From Vicinamibacteria bacterium (GTDB taxonomy: Bacteria; Acidobacteriota; Vicinamibacteria; Marinacidobacterales; Marinacidobacteraceae), in NCBI GenBank assembly GCA_963668695.2, contig CAXXLQ010000004.1, positions 1,024,001-1,088,000 of the forward strand: DNA of 64,000 bases. The letters run 5' to 3'. The position numbers and the translations under genes were made by a program. Shown in pieces: positions 28,342 through 38,377 of the stretch (position 1 is its first letter; each line of letters starts with the position of its first letter). The notes beneath the pieces are model-generated. The model had not been told where the DNA came from and ran no database searches. It worked only from the letters and a program-made list of their open reading frames with translations.

Positions 28342-29496
28342 TCAGGCGCCCAGCACCGCGACGAGCGCCTCGACTACCTCATCCAATTCCGCCTCGGTAA
28401 TCACCAGCGGGGGCAGCAGCCGGATCACGGTTGCGCCTGCCGGCAGCGCCAGCACCCCCTTTTCCATCAATGCGGTCAAGTACGGGCGGCAGCGCTCCCG
28501 GAGTTCGATACCGATCATCAACCCCGTCTGGCGCACCGCGCGGACCCGCGCGGGCCGCTGATCGGCGAATCGCTCGCTGAACCGGGCGCCCAGCGTCTCC
28601 GCCCGGTCGGCCAAGCGCTCGTCTTCCATGAACTGGATCGCGGCAAGCGCCGCGGCGCATGCGAGCGGATTGCCGCCGAACGTGGTCCCGTGCTTGCCGA
28701 CGAGCGGCGGTAGCCGGTCACCCGCCAGCACCGCACCCATGGGCACGCCTCCGGCGATGGCTTTCGCCAGGCAAAGCAGATCGGGCTCCACTCCGTGGCG
28801 TTCGCAGGCGAACATCCGGCCGGTCCGGCAAAAGCCGGTCTGCGACTCGTCGAGAATCAGCAACGCGCCGGTCTCGTCGCAGAGGGCACGGACGGCGCGC
28901 AGGTAGCCGGCCTCGGCCGGCCGCACCCCGCCCTCCCCCTGGACTGGCTCCAGCACGACGGCCGCGGTGCCTTCGCCGACCGCGGCCCGCATCTTCTCGG
29001 CATCGTTGAACGGGACGAATGAAAACCCCGGCACCAGCGGGGCAAAGGGTTCCCGGTAATCCTTCCGGAACGTTGCGCTCAGGGCTCCCATCGTGCGGCC
29101 GTGGAACCCGCGCATGGCGGAGACGATCCCGGTGCGGCCGGTGGCGACGCGGGCGAACTTGAGGGCCGCCTCCACCGCCTCCGCTCCCGAGTTGCAAAGA
29201 AAGGCGCGCGTCAGGCCCGGCGGCGCGATGGAAGCCAGCTTCTCCAGGAGAAGGGCGCGCTGGTCGTTGTAGAAGATTCCCGGGCAGGTCACCAGCGTCC
29301 GCGCCTGATCGGCGATCGCCCGCGCGACCGCGGGGTTGGCGTGCCCGATGCTCGCCACTCCGATACCGGCCACGCAGTCGAGATAGCGGCGGCCCCGATC
29401 GTCCCAGACCTCGGCGCCCTTCCCCCGCACGAGCGTCAGGTCGCGCTTCGGGTAGACCTCGAGCCCCCACGTCCGCTCGGCCTCCTGGAAGTTCAC
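28342..29496 (-). CDS. lysJ: [LysW]-aminoadipate semialdehyde / acetylornithine-type aminotransferase
   Basis: Class III PLP motifs FHGRT, EPVQGEGG, DESQTG, LAKAIAGG and HGTTFGGNP; LysW operon context. Confidence 0.85.
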   Translation of the reverse strand: MNFQEAERTWGLEVYPKRDLTLVRGKGAEVWDDRGRRYLDCVAGIGVASIGHANPAVARAIADQARTLVTCPGIFYNDQRALLLEKLASIAPPGLTRAFLCNSGAEAVEAALKFARVATGRTGIVSAMRGFHGRTMGALSATFRKDYREPFAPLVPGFSFVPFNDAEKMRAAVGEGTAAVVLEPVQGEGGVRPAEAGYLRAVRALCDETGALLILDESQTGFCRTGRMFACERHGVEPDLLCLAKAIAGGVPMGAVLAGDRLPPLVGKHGTTFGGNPLACAAALAAIQFMEDERLADRAETLGARFSERFADQRPARVRAVRQTGLMIGIELRERCRPYLTALMEKGVLALPAGATVIRLLPPLVITEAELDEVVEALVAVLGA

Positions 29497-30302
29497 TCGA
29501 TCACCGTTCCCCGTCCGGCCAGAGCATCCCGAACCGGATGCGCGACGCGTCCGTCGCCGATCACCACGGGGGTTCCCCCCGTTCCCCTGGATCCCCCGGT
29601 TCCGACCAGTCGGCTCAGCGCGAGCATTTTCCGCTTCATACGGCCCGTTACCAGCGCCTCCCGGCGCAGAACCTCGGCGGAGGACATGCGCGGGACGAGC
29701 GAGGCAGGGTCATTCTCATCCTCCAGAAATCCGGGCGCTTCGATCAACTGGATGACCCGCTCGGCCGGGAACGCCGCGTTGAGCACCCCCACGATGTCGT
29801 CGTTCTCCGAATTGATGGCGAAGCCGCGTTCATCGAGGATGGGAACGGTCAGGACCGGCGCCAGACCGCTGTCCAGCAGGAGTCGGAGCAATCCGACATT
29901 CACCTCGGCGGGCTTTCCCGACAGGTCGCGCTTGATGAGGGTCTTCCCGCCCTCCCGGACGCGGATTCCCCGGTTCCTCCTGCCCCGAACCAGTGCGCCG
30001 TCGAGGCCCGTGAGACCGATGGCGTTCACGCCGCGCCGCTGCAACAACTCCACGATCCTCTTGTTCCGCAGTCCGGCGTAGGCCATGAGGATGAGATCGA
30101 CGGCCGAGGCGTCCGAGTACACGCTCGCGTAGCCGGACACCGAAGTAAGCACCCGCTTCTCGATGCCGAGCCGCCGGCCGAGCTCGTCGCGCAGGGCATT
30201 CGCGCCATGCACGATCACGAACGGCGATGGGACCTCGGCGAGGTCGGAGGCGATTCCTTCCAGGTTGATGGACGCTCCGCCGCCGATCTTGATCAGCAGC
30301 AT
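29493..30302 (-). CDS. lysZ: [LysW]-aminoadipate/glutamate kinase
   Basis: IKIGG, VHGAN, SVSG..S.Y.D and GRMKRK motifs. Confidence 0.88.
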   Translation of the reverse strand: MLLIKIGGGASINLEGIASDLAEVPSPFVIVHGANALRDELGRRLGIEKRVLTSVSGYASVYSDASAVDLILMAYAGLRNKRIVELLQRRGVNAIGLTGLDGALVRGRRNRGIRVREGGKTLIKRDLSGKPAEVNVGLLRLLLDSGLAPVLTVPILDERGFAINSENDDIVGVLNAAFPAERVIQLIEAPGFLEDENDPASLVPRMSSAEVLRREALVTGRMKRKMLALSRLVGTGGSRGTGGTPVVIGDGRVAHPVRDALAGRGTVIE

Positions 30303-30327
30303 GTCGCGGCCACTTCGGTTGAGCGCA

Positions 30328-30975
30328 TCAAAAGGAGCGGACCGTGCCGTTCGCGATGGGTGTCCATTCCGTCGGAGCGCCGAGCGCCGGATAGGGTTCG
30401 GAGCACACGACCCGGACGTCGCCGATGGTGGCGCGGCGCATCTGAAAGTAGTCCGGATCCTCGTTGAAGCGGCTGGCCACGGTGACCCGGCGCGAGGCAT
30501 CCGCCACGATGACATTCATCGCCCGGACGTAGCGGGTGCGTTTCTCGATCAGCTTCAATCCCCGTGCGAGGGCGTGGCGCATGTCACCGCGGTCGAACCG
30601 CTTGACGAAGTTGAAGACCTTCTCGGCGCCGATGCGCCCCTGTTCCCGGATGCGCACTCCCCGAAGTTCCCCGTTGAACAGGAACACGCGCTCGCCGTCA
30701 AAAAACGGCATGTTGTTCTCAACGCGGATCCCCTCGTTGCGGAACGCGCTCCGCGCGTGGGCCAGCAGCAGCGGCGTGCGACCGCGGGGTCGATTCCGGT
30801 CTTCCCAGATGGGGGTAATGCTGCGGTAGATGCGCCAGCCGCCTCCTTCGAGCCAGGCGCAACCCCAGCCATGCCCCTGGAACTCCCGGCTGTTTTTCGC
30901 GACCTCGCTGAACGCCGCCAGATGATCCTGCACGTCGAACTCCTCCTCGCCGCGGACGCATAGGAGACGGCACAT
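30328..30975 (-). CDS. Class II glutamine amidotransferase-like Ntn hydrolase (YafJ/EgtC/Dug3-like)
   Basis: Met-Cys start MCRLL, HGWG, AHARSA, N.MPF and FNG; stand-alone, 215 aa. Confidence 0.8.
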   Translation of the reverse strand: MCRLLCVRGEEEFDVQDHLAAFSEVAKNSREFQGHGWGCAWLEGGGWRIYRSITPIWEDRNRPRGRTPLLLAHARSAFRNEGIRVENNMPFFDGERVFLFNGELRGVRIREQGRIGAEKVFNFVKRFDRGDMRHALARGLKLIEKRTRYVRAMNVIVADASRRVTVASRFNEDPDYFQMRRATIGDVRVVCSEPYPALGAPTEWTPIANGTVRSF

Positions 30976-31006
30976 GGGAAGGATGCCCCGGTCGGCGGGC
31001 GTTCCC

Positions 31007-32032
31007 TCAGATCGGATGGAGGCCGGCGAACTCCAGCCCGGCCGTCTCCGGAAACCCGTACATCAGGTTGAACGCATGCGCAGCCTGCCCGGCCGCCCCC
31101 TTCATCAGGTTGTCCAGGGCGCTCATGGCCACGATCCGGTTCGTGTGCGGATCGCGCTCGAACCCCACATCGCAGAAGTTCGTGCCCGCGAGGATCTTGG
31201 GGTCCGGGTAGCGGTGGATGCCGCTGTGCCCCTTCACGACGCGAACGAAGGGCTCCCCCGCGTAGGCGTCGCGATAGATCTTCCAAAGCGCCTGGTCGTT
31301 CAGCGCCCGATCCGTGAACACATGGCAGGTCGCCAGCACCCCGCGCACCATTTCGATCGAGGTGGCGGAGAAGTGGAGTTTGTCGATCCCCAGGGCCTCG
31401 GCGATCTCGCCCTGATGGCGGTGCCCGGTGGGCTTGAAAGCGCGCGCTGCTCCGCTCCGCTCGGGATGATGGCTCGCCGCGGTCGCCCGATTGCCGGCTT
31501 CACTGGATCCGACCAGGACTTCGATCACCGCCGATTCGACCCCTCCGGCATCGCACAGCGGCTTGAGCGCCAGGATGGCGGCCGTCGCGTTGCACCCGGC
31601 GCAGGCCACCAGCTCCGCATCCCTCAGCGCCTCCCGATTCAGTTCCGGAATCCCGTAGACAAAGCGGCCGAGAAGATCCGGGCAGGGATGCGGTCCACCG
31701 TACCAACGCTCGTAGGCCGCGGTTTCCCGCAACCGAAAATCGGCGCCCAGATCGATGACCCGACCGGCGATGCGCCGGAAGTCCTGCATGCGGCGCGCCG
31801 ATTCGCCGTGCGGCAGGCAGACGAAGAGCGCGTCGCAACGGGAAAGGCGGTCCAGCTCGCAGAACCGCAGCCGGGTGGCGCCGCGGAGGTTCGGATGGAC
31901 GCCGTGCGCGTACTTCCCGGCGAGGCGTTCGGAGGAGATGTCGGCTACCTCGACCTCGGGGTGGCCAAGCATCAGACGCAGCAACTCGCCGCCCGCGTAT
32001 CCCGAGGCACCGGCGATGGAGACGCGGATCAT
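31007..32032 (-). CDS. lysY: [LysW]-aminoadipyl-phosphate / N-acetylglutamyl-phosphate reductase
   Basis: [28 protein letters not shown] and DNLMKGAAG motifs. Confidence 0.88.
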   Translation of the reverse strand: MIRVSIAGASGYAGGELLRLMLGHPEVEVADISSERLAGKYAHGVHPNLRGATRLRFCELDRLSRCDALFVCLPHGESARRMQDFRRIAGRVIDLGADFRLRETAAYERWYGGPHPCPDLLGRFVYGIPELNREALRDAELVACAGCNATAAILALKPLCDAGGVESAVIEVLVGSSEAGNRATAASHHPERSGAARAFKPTGHRHQGEIAEALGIDKLHFSATSIEMVRGVLATCHVFTDRALNDQALWKIYRDAYAGEPFVRVVKGHSGIHRYPDPKILAGTNFCDVGFERDPHTNRIVAMSALDNLMKGAAGQAAHAFNLMYGFPETAGLEFAGLHPI

Positions 32033-32865
32033 CGGTCCGGCGACAGGAGGTAGGACACGATCTTCTCCGGGATGTTCACTCCCGTGACGTCAATGCTGTT
32101 CCGGAACTCCATCGTGTAGTTGACCTCGTTGACCAGGAGTCCGTCCCCGGTCTCGAAGAGGTCCACCGCGAGGACGCCGCCGCCCACCGCCTCCGCGGCC
32201 CTGAGCGATATCTCGGCGAGCTCGCTGGTCACCGGACAATTGGAGGTCCGCCCGCCGCGGGCGGTGTTCGTGATCCAGTGCTCCGATGTCCGATAGACGG
32301 CGGCAATGCACTCATCCCCGACCACAAAGCTGCGGATGTCCCGCCCGCCCTTCTCCACATACTTCTGAGCAAAGAAGATCGAGTGGTGGTAGCTGCCGAG
32401 GATCGCCTTGTGCTCGATCACGGTTTCGGCCGCCTCCCGATCATTGATCCGGGAAAGCAGCCGCCCCCAGGATCCGACCGCCGGCTTCAGCACCACCGGA
32501 TAGCCGAGCTGTTCGATGGCTTCCAGGGTGGAGCCTTCGGTAAACGCGACCCGCGTTTCCGGCTGGGGCACTCCGAACTCCTGCAGCGCGACGGCAGTCA
32601 GGATCTTGTCGCCGCACTTGCGGGCGACTTCGTAGCGGTTGATGCATTCGATGCCCACGCTCTCGAAAAGCCGCAAGGCGTGCATCGCCCGAGAATGATT
32701 GATGCTTCGCTCGAGGACGATGTCCACCTCGGGTCGCGCCCGGAGGTCGAACACCAGCCGCCGGTCATCGAGAAGGACCAACTCGACACCGGGGCGACTT
32801 CGCAGCTCCCGGAGGAGGAGTTTTTCTTCTGGACGAATCAGCGAATGAAGGAAGCCGACCCTCAT
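32029..32865 (-). CDS. lysX: ATP-grasp LysW ligase LysX
   Basis: [25 protein letters not shown] and NEVNYTMEF motifs. Confidence 0.92.
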   Translation of the reverse strand: MRVGFLHSLIRPEEKLLLRELRSRPGVELVLLDDRRLVFDLRARPEVDIVLERSINHSRAMHALRLFESVGIECINRYEVARKCGDKILTAVALQEFGVPQPETRVAFTEGSTLEAIEQLGYPVVLKPAVGSWGRLLSRINDREAAETVIEHKAILGSYHHSIFFAQKYVEKGGRDIRSFVVGDECIAAVYRTSEHWITNTARGGRTSNCPVTSELAEISLRAAEAVGGGVLAVDLFETGDGLLVNEVNYTMEFRNSIDVTGVNIPEKIVSYLLSPDR

Positions 32866-33026
32866 TCACCCCAATCCTCTTCCGCCTCGGGGGCCTCGCC
32901 CAGGACGATCGGGTCCAGAGCCAGAATCTCGAGTTCGCTGCCGCACTCCGGACACTCAAGGAGCTCGCTTTCGACCGGGTCGTCAGATATGTCCACCGCG
33001 CCGCCGCACACCGGGCAGTTCGTCAT
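32862..33026 (-). CDS. lysW: Amino-group carrier protein LysW
   Basis: 54 aa, CPVC...CPEC zinc finger, C-terminal EDWGE; RBS ggaga. Confidence 0.95.
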   Translation of the reverse strand: MTNCPVCGGAVDISDDPVESELLECPECGSELEILALDPIVLGEAPEAEEDWGE

Positions 33027-33154
33027 CGTTTTCTCCCATGGTCTCCCGGAGACGCGACGGAATGTACCCGATCCCCCAGCCGGACCGACGTTTCGCACGG
33101 GCTCGGCACGGTGTGCCAGCTGGCGCTGTGGGATGAACCCCCACCGCCCCGGCG

Positions 33155-33811
33155 CTACTCCCGCAGGATGCGGCAGGCGCGGGTGGTGTTGAAAATTCCG
33201 CAGGAGCAGAAGCGCGCCATCGTCTCCGCGCACTCTTCCGGGGAACGCCGCCCGGTCCGTACCCAATCCAGCATCTTCCGGGCAAACCCGAAAGAGAGCA
33301 TCCCGTGTCCGCACATCGTGGAAAGCTGGAGCGTGGCGCGGTCCGGAAGCCGGTCCAGGTTCCCGAAGAATCCCAGGCTGTACTCGACGCTGTGCCGCAC
33401 GATTCCGGCCTCCTTGGCCAGTGCGGCGGCGCGATCAGTCAGGCCGCTGATATTGACGCTGATGCCGAGGTCGGCTTCCTTCAGGTCCGCGAGGACCGCG
33501 ACCAGCGCTTCTTCGGTGTCGAATACCGCTGAAACCACGGTCGGGGCATCCACGCCCTTGCGAATCGCGTCGGCAGCCAGCCGCTTCCGCCGCCGCCAAT
33601 GCGCCAGCGGGTTGAGCCGGGAAGAACGGAAGATCCCTCCCTTGGTCGCGTCCCCCAGATTGATGGGGCCGTGCCGCAGGGCGATCTCGGTGAATCGCCG
33701 CAGCTTCTCCGGGGACCCCTCGTCGTTGATCCCCCGCGCCGCCATCGCGAACACGATGAAGTCGTCCTTCAGGGTCTCCGGCGCGCCGTAGCGGTGGAGG
33801 GTGTTCGTCAT
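33155..33811 (-). CDS. Hypothetical protein with a Cys/His-rich C-terminus
   Basis: Starts MTNTLHRYG; motifs STMCGHGM and CSCGIFN suggest metal binding. Confidence 0.7.
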   Translation of the reverse strand: MTNTLHRYGAPETLKDDFIVFAMAARGINDEGSPEKLRRFTEIALRHGPINLGDATKGGIFRSSRLNPLAHWRRRKRLAADAIRKGVDAPTVVSAVFDTEEALVAVLADLKEADLGISVNISGLTDRAAALAKEAGIVRHSVEYSLGFFGNLDRLPDRATLQLSTMCGHGMLSFGFARKMLDWVRTGRRSPEECAETMARFCSCGIFNTTRACRILRE

Positions 33812-33906
33812 CGGCGCCCGCAAGCATACGGGCTCGCCGGCTCCATCCGGGACGGAGCCAGCGGTAGTCCATCGGTCAGCGCCGATGTCTCCGGTGCTTA
33901 GAATCG

Positions 33907-35343
33907 GTGGCCATGTCCCCGAACGCGGCAAGCCTCTGGGCCACCCGCCCGACGTCCCTCGCCGGTTCGGAAACCGAAAACGCCAATCCGGCCATTTCGG
34001 CGGCAAACGGCTGGCCTCCCCACCGGAGACCCTCCGGCGGGGGACGGTGGCTCCTGGTGCTGAGCTGCGACGGTAAGTTGGCCCGGGCCACGGCGGCCGA
34101 GGCAGTGTCCGGAGAGCGTCAAGTCGTGGCGCCCGCCCCGGCAATGGAGGACCTGCCGCTTTCCTTGCACCGCCTGGACCCCATTCCGGGCCAGGCGGGC
34201 GCCGTCCTGCTCTCCGACTTTCATCGGGCGTTCCCCTGCCGGGCCGTAGTCCGTCGTCGGGGAAGACTCGACGAAACGCCGCCCCTTCCGGCGGTCGCCA
34301 CTCCCGCCTATGTGCTGGCCCGTCTCAGCCAGCTCGGAGCCGGAAACCGGTTGGTCGTGGCCTCCGCCCAGGAGGACGAAGTGGTGCGTCGCGCCGCCGA
34401 TATGCTCGCTGGAGGGGGCGCCGCCTGTCAGTTTGAGGTGGCGCGCGAACCGGTCTCGCCCGCATCCGCGGCGCCGATTTCGGGGCCGGGCGAAGCGGAA
34501 CTGCATCGCGCGGGAAGTGGCGCGGAGCTACTGCGAATTGCGCTCCACGCTCCAACCGCGGTCGTACGCGTCAAGGCGGCGGCGGCAGCGACCGCCGAGG
34601 ACGGGGATAGCCCGATGGGCCACCTGCTGGCCGGTTGTTCCGCGAACGAACAGAGGAAACCGACGGAGGCGGCAGCTGCGTTTCGGCGGGCAATCGAACG
34701 CGATGAAACGCTGGCCGCGGCCCACTTCGAACTCGGCAAGACCCTGATCGTCCTCGACGACCTGGAAGCGGCGCTCGATTCCTTTCGCCGCACGACGGAC
34801 ACGCTCCCGGAATTCGCTCCCGGTTGGGCGAACGCCGGGGCGGCCCTTGGCGAGCTGGAACGAGCGGACGAAGCGCTCGCCGAGCTGGAGAGGGCCGCCC
34901 ACCTCGATCCGCTCAGCCACTCCCTCGCGTCGAACCTCGGGGTCACCCTGCGGGAACTCGGCCGGCTCGCAGAGGCAGAGCGCGCTTTCCGGTGGGCGCT
35001 GGAACTCGCCCCCGACTTCGTCTTTGGACACTACAACCTGGCGAACGCGGTGTACCTCCAGGGCCGCCATCAGGAAGCGGTCGGGCTCTTCGAGAAAGCC
35101 CAGGGGATGGACCCGTCGGGCTCCGACCGGCAGCGGTTGCTCCTCGCGACGGCCCGGCTGGCGGCCGGAGATCTGGACGGAGCGATCCGGGACTATCGCG
35201 CGGTCTTCGATGGCCTGGACGGCCAGCTGCGGCTGGATATGCGGACGGTCGCGCAGTGGGACCTGAGAAGGCTGGCCGAACGGGTCGGAATCAGTCCGGG
35301 AATCCGGAGCGCCGCAGAATTTGTCCGTTCCGTCCGCGTCTGA
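33907..35343 (+). CDS. TPR-repeat protein (start uncertain)
   Basis: About six TPRs in the C-terminal half (AHFELG, GWANAG, NLG, HYNLA). Confidence 0.75.
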   Translation: MAMSPNAASLWATRPTSLAGSETENANPAISAANGWPPHRRPSGGGRWLLVLSCDGKLARATAAEAVSGERQVVAPAPAMEDLPLSLHRLDPIPGQAGAVLLSDFHRAFPCRAVVRRRGRLDETPPLPAVATPAYVLARLSQLGAGNRLVVASAQEDEVVRRAADMLAGGGAACQFEVAREPVSPASAAPISGPGEAELHRAGSGAELLRIALHAPTAVVRVKAAAAATAEDGDSPMGHLLAGCSANEQRKPTEAAAAFRRAIERDETLAAAHFELGKTLIVLDDLEAALDSFRRTTDTLPEFAPGWANAGAALGELERADEALAELERAAHLDPLSHSLASNLGVTLRELGRLAEAERAFRWALELAPDFVFGHYNLANAVYLQGRHQEAVGLFEKAQGMDPSGSDRQRLLLATARLAAGDLDGAIRDYRAVFDGLDGQLRLDMRTVAQWDLRRLAERVGISPGIRSAAEFVRSVRV

Positions 35344-35413
35344 CTTGCCGGTGGCCCGCCGGGCCGGGAGGCGGATCAGGCCTCCCCGCGGGCGGCTGAG
35401 AACGGCATCCCAT

Positions 35414-35443
35414 TTGACTTCAACCCCCCGTCAGCCGTATAAG
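35414..35443 (+). promoter_or_regulatory. Candidate sigma70 promoter for the 35510-38647 operon
   Basis: TTGACT, 18 nt spacer, TATAAG. Confidence 0.45.
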
Positions 35444-35509
35444 CACTGGTTCCCGCGACAGGAATTCCTTGCCCGCCGGCCATCCTCGGGCGAACGGAGT
35501 ACTCCCCCC

Positions 35510-36994
35510 ATGAAGAGCCACTACCGCCATCTCAAGACACCCAAAGGCTCGGCAGTCGGCCTTCTCGCCGTTGGCGCCGCACTGCTGTTGCTCGGCGGGT
35601 TTGCCGCGGCGCAGGACGAAAAAGCGGAACCGAAGCCACCCGAGGGCAAGACGCATCCGCTCCTTGAGCCGCACGACGTGCTGAACGAGTTCGGGGTGAT
35701 GAGTTCGAGCGGACACGATGACGGCGGCTGGGGTCTGGCGCCCGAGCTTCGCGTCCCCGAGCAGTACCAGTACCGGCGCCGCGACCAGCAGCTCAAGGAA
35801 GTGGACCTCACCGGCAACCAGCTTCCGCCGGTGCTCACCGAGATGAGGGTGCTCTCCAAGGAGGTGGCTCCGGGAGAGGAGGTTCGCGCCATCGCCCGGG
35901 TGCTTTCCCCCTACAACAAGGCCCAGTCGTTCGTCTCCCTGTTCTACAACCAAGAGCTCGGCCGCGCGGCCACCATGTACATCAACTTCAAGCCCCACGA
36001 GGACGACGAGACCCTCTTCCTCGGCCGCGGCAAGCTCTCCCGCTTCGCGGCCCCCGGCCGCTATGTGGTCGGCACCACGATCATCGCCGACAAGGTCGGC
36101 GACCGGAAGGCCTATTGGGCTGATTTCCACCGGGCGATGCAGGACGACGACGGCGAGCCGATCGGCTTCGAGGTGACCCCGAGCGACAGCGTGGACATCA
36201 CTGCACCGACCCTCAAGTCCGTCGCGGTCGAAACCGACCGTGTCCGGGCCGGAAGCGGCCTCATCAAGTACAGCGTGATCGCCGAGGACGAGGTCTCCGG
36301 GCCCACGGAGGCGGAAACGGTCTGGGTTTCGCCGAGCGGCTACCATCAGATTCGCTCGACCATGGTGATGGTGGGCGGCCAGCCGGGCCTCTTCCGGGGC
36401 GCGCTCCAGATCCCGCAGTGGTACGAGGGCGGCGAATGGCAGCTCATGCGCATCACGCTGAAGGACCACGCGACGAACATCCGGTACTACTTCAACCGGA
36501 CCGAACCGCTGATGGAAGCCGCCACGGTGCAGGTGGACCAGGAGAGGGAAATGATCGACCAGGTGCCGGCCAAGGTGCTGGCGGTCCAGTTCACCAAGCT
36601 CGAAGCCAAGCTCGGAGAACAGGTTGGCCTCACGGTCCTCGCCGAGGACAACCTCTCGGGCGTGCATGGAATCGAGGGATACGTTCGTTCTCCAAACGGC
36701 GCCGATGCCATCAAGGTGAAGCTCAAGAGCCTCACCCCGGAGATGGGCGGCTTCGTGGCGCTGAACCGTCCTTCGAAGCTCCCCGAGCCCCACATCTGGA
36801 CCGGCTCCTTCACCGTCACCGACACGATGGAGTGGGGGGATTGGGAGCTGGTGCGGCTCGGCATCTCCGACGAGGCGCGTAACTTCTACACGTACTACGA
36901 GGATCGCGATTCCGAGATAGACGGAATCACCGTGAACTTCTACAACGAAGACACCGAGACCGCCGAAGAAGGCGGCAAGGAGGGTCCGCGATGA
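35510..36994 (+). CDS. Secreted protein with three Ig-like beta-sandwich repeats
   Basis: Signal peptide; repeats such as DITAPTLKSV...AEDEVSG...GEWQL..I.LKD...N and DQVPAKVLAV...AEDNLSG...GDWELV. Confidence 0.7.
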   Translation: MKSHYRHLKTPKGSAVGLLAVGAALLLLGGFAAAQDEKAEPKPPEGKTHPLLEPHDVLNEFGVMSSSGHDDGGWGLAPELRVPEQYQYRRRDQQLKEVDLTGNQLPPVLTEMRVLSKEVAPGEEVRAIARVLSPYNKAQSFVSLFYNQELGRAATMYINFKPHEDDETLFLGRGKLSRFAAPGRYVVGTTIIADKVGDRKAYWADFHRAMQDDDGEPIGFEVTPSDSVDITAPTLKSVAVETDRVRAGSGLIKYSVIAEDEVSGPTEAETVWVSPSGYHQIRSTMVMVGGQPGLFRGALQIPQWYEGGEWQLMRITLKDHATNIRYYFNRTEPLMEAATVQVDQEREMIDQVPAKVLAVQFTKLEAKLGEQVGLTVLAEDNLSGVHGIEGYVRSPNGADAIKVKLKSLTPEMGGFVALNRPSKLPEPHIWTGSFTVTDTMEWGDWELVRLGISDEARNFYTYYEDRDSEIDGITVNFYNEDTETAEEGGKEGPR

Positions 36995-38331
36995 CCGCCA
37001 AAACGCTCGACCGCCGCGACTTTTTCAAACTGGGCGCGGCAGCCAGTGCCGGTGCAGTGCTTTCCACGCGGAACGCCGCCGGCAGCCCCATCTTTGAAGC
37101 GGGCGCCGGGATCCCTCAGGGCGGCATGGTGCTGCCGGCGAATCCGGGCTTCAAGACGAAGCATCTGGTGACCATCATTCTGGGCAACGGCGCCCGGAAG
37201 ATTGACGTCATCGACAACCCGGAGCACTCGCCCTACCAGACGAAGATGGCTGCCGACGGCACGGTCTTCACCGAGGATTACGGCGAGACCGCCAACCTCC
37301 ACGGCTACATGTACTCCGAGGTGCTCAGCGGCGTGGATGCTCCCGCCCAGCGGCCCCGCTACCCCACTTGGGCCGAGTACATCCGGAAGAAGGCCGGCGG
37401 GAAGGCGACCGACTTCTGGACCCTCCAGGGTGCGTCCTACTACCGCGCCTGGACCTGGGACGTGAAGCACTTCAGCCAGCATCCGGAATACGGCGTGAAG
37501 CACGGGTCCACGAGCCTCACGATGAACCGGATCTTCTATCCGGAACAGAAGCTCACCGGCGCACAGATCGTGGATCTGAACGTCGAGAAGGGCCTCGGGC
37601 ATACGCCGAAGGAGCGGCAGCAGGTCGTGGACTTCGTCGACGGCGTGCTGGCGCAGAAGTCGTACATCCCGCCATCCACCCGAGAGCCGGTCATCAACCG
37701 GGAGATCCCCTACGGGGACGCCCAGGTGCTGACCCTGGTGCCTCAGATCCTCAAGGAGTTCAAGCCGAAGTCCATCACCGCGCAGATCCTCGCGCTGGAT
37801 GACGCGCACGCCGACTTCGGGTTCTGGGACTACAACACGGACTACTGGGAGTACATCAAGCACATCAAGACCACCGATGAGCTGATCGGCAACCTGTGGC
37901 GCCAGATCCAATCCGACTCGTACCTCAGGGACACCACCGCCTTGGTGATCCGTCCCGAGTGCGGCCGCGACGACGAAGTGAACATCTACGGGCAGCTTGG
38001 CCACAGCCCGGGCAACTACTACGCCCACTACGTGTGGTTCATGGCGCTCGGGCCCGACTTCAAGAAGGGCCACACCGTGACCGAGCGGGTGCAGCGGCGG
38101 GACGTCGTTCCGACGCTGGTCTACCTCATGTCGGGTGAGAACGCCGAGTACGCCACCGGGCACGTCCGGACCCAGATGTTCAAGGACGAGTACAACCTGC
38201 CGAAGTACATCCTTCCGCCGACCGCCGAGGTGAAAGAGCCCGCGGTTGACTGGGAGAAGATCGTGGAAGAGCGCCGGACCGCCGAGAAGATCAAGGAGTT
38301 TGCGCGCTCGACCGTCGGTTACGGCGACTGA
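36991..38331 (+). CDS. Tat-exported alkaline-phosphatase-superfamily-like protein
   Basis: DRRDFFK Tat motif; KHLVTIILGNG.R, DDAH, TDELIG.LW, PECGRD, H...WFMALGPDF and RDVVPT. Confidence 0.7.
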   Translation: MTAKTLDRRDFFKLGAAASAGAVLSTRNAAGSPIFEAGAGIPQGGMVLPANPGFKTKHLVTIILGNGARKIDVIDNPEHSPYQTKMAADGTVFTEDYGETANLHGYMYSEVLSGVDAPAQRPRYPTWAEYIRKKAGGKATDFWTLQGASYYRAWTWDVKHFSQHPEYGVKHGSTSLTMNRIFYPEQKLTGAQIVDLNVEKGLGHTPKERQQVVDFVDGVLAQKSYIPPSTREPVINREIPYGDAQVLTLVPQILKEFKPKSITAQILALDDAHADFGFWDYNTDYWEYIKHIKTTDELIGNLWRQIQSDSYLRDTTALVIRPECGRDDEVNIYGQLGHSPGNYYAHYVWFMALGPDFKKGHTVTERVQRRDVVPTLVYLMSGENAEYATGHVRTQMFKDEYNLPKYILPPTAEVKEPAVDWEKIVEERRTAEKIKEFARSTVGYGD

Positions 38332-38377
38332 GCAGCGGACCCAGGTCCCGACCAACAAACCAAGGAGATCACCCAAA

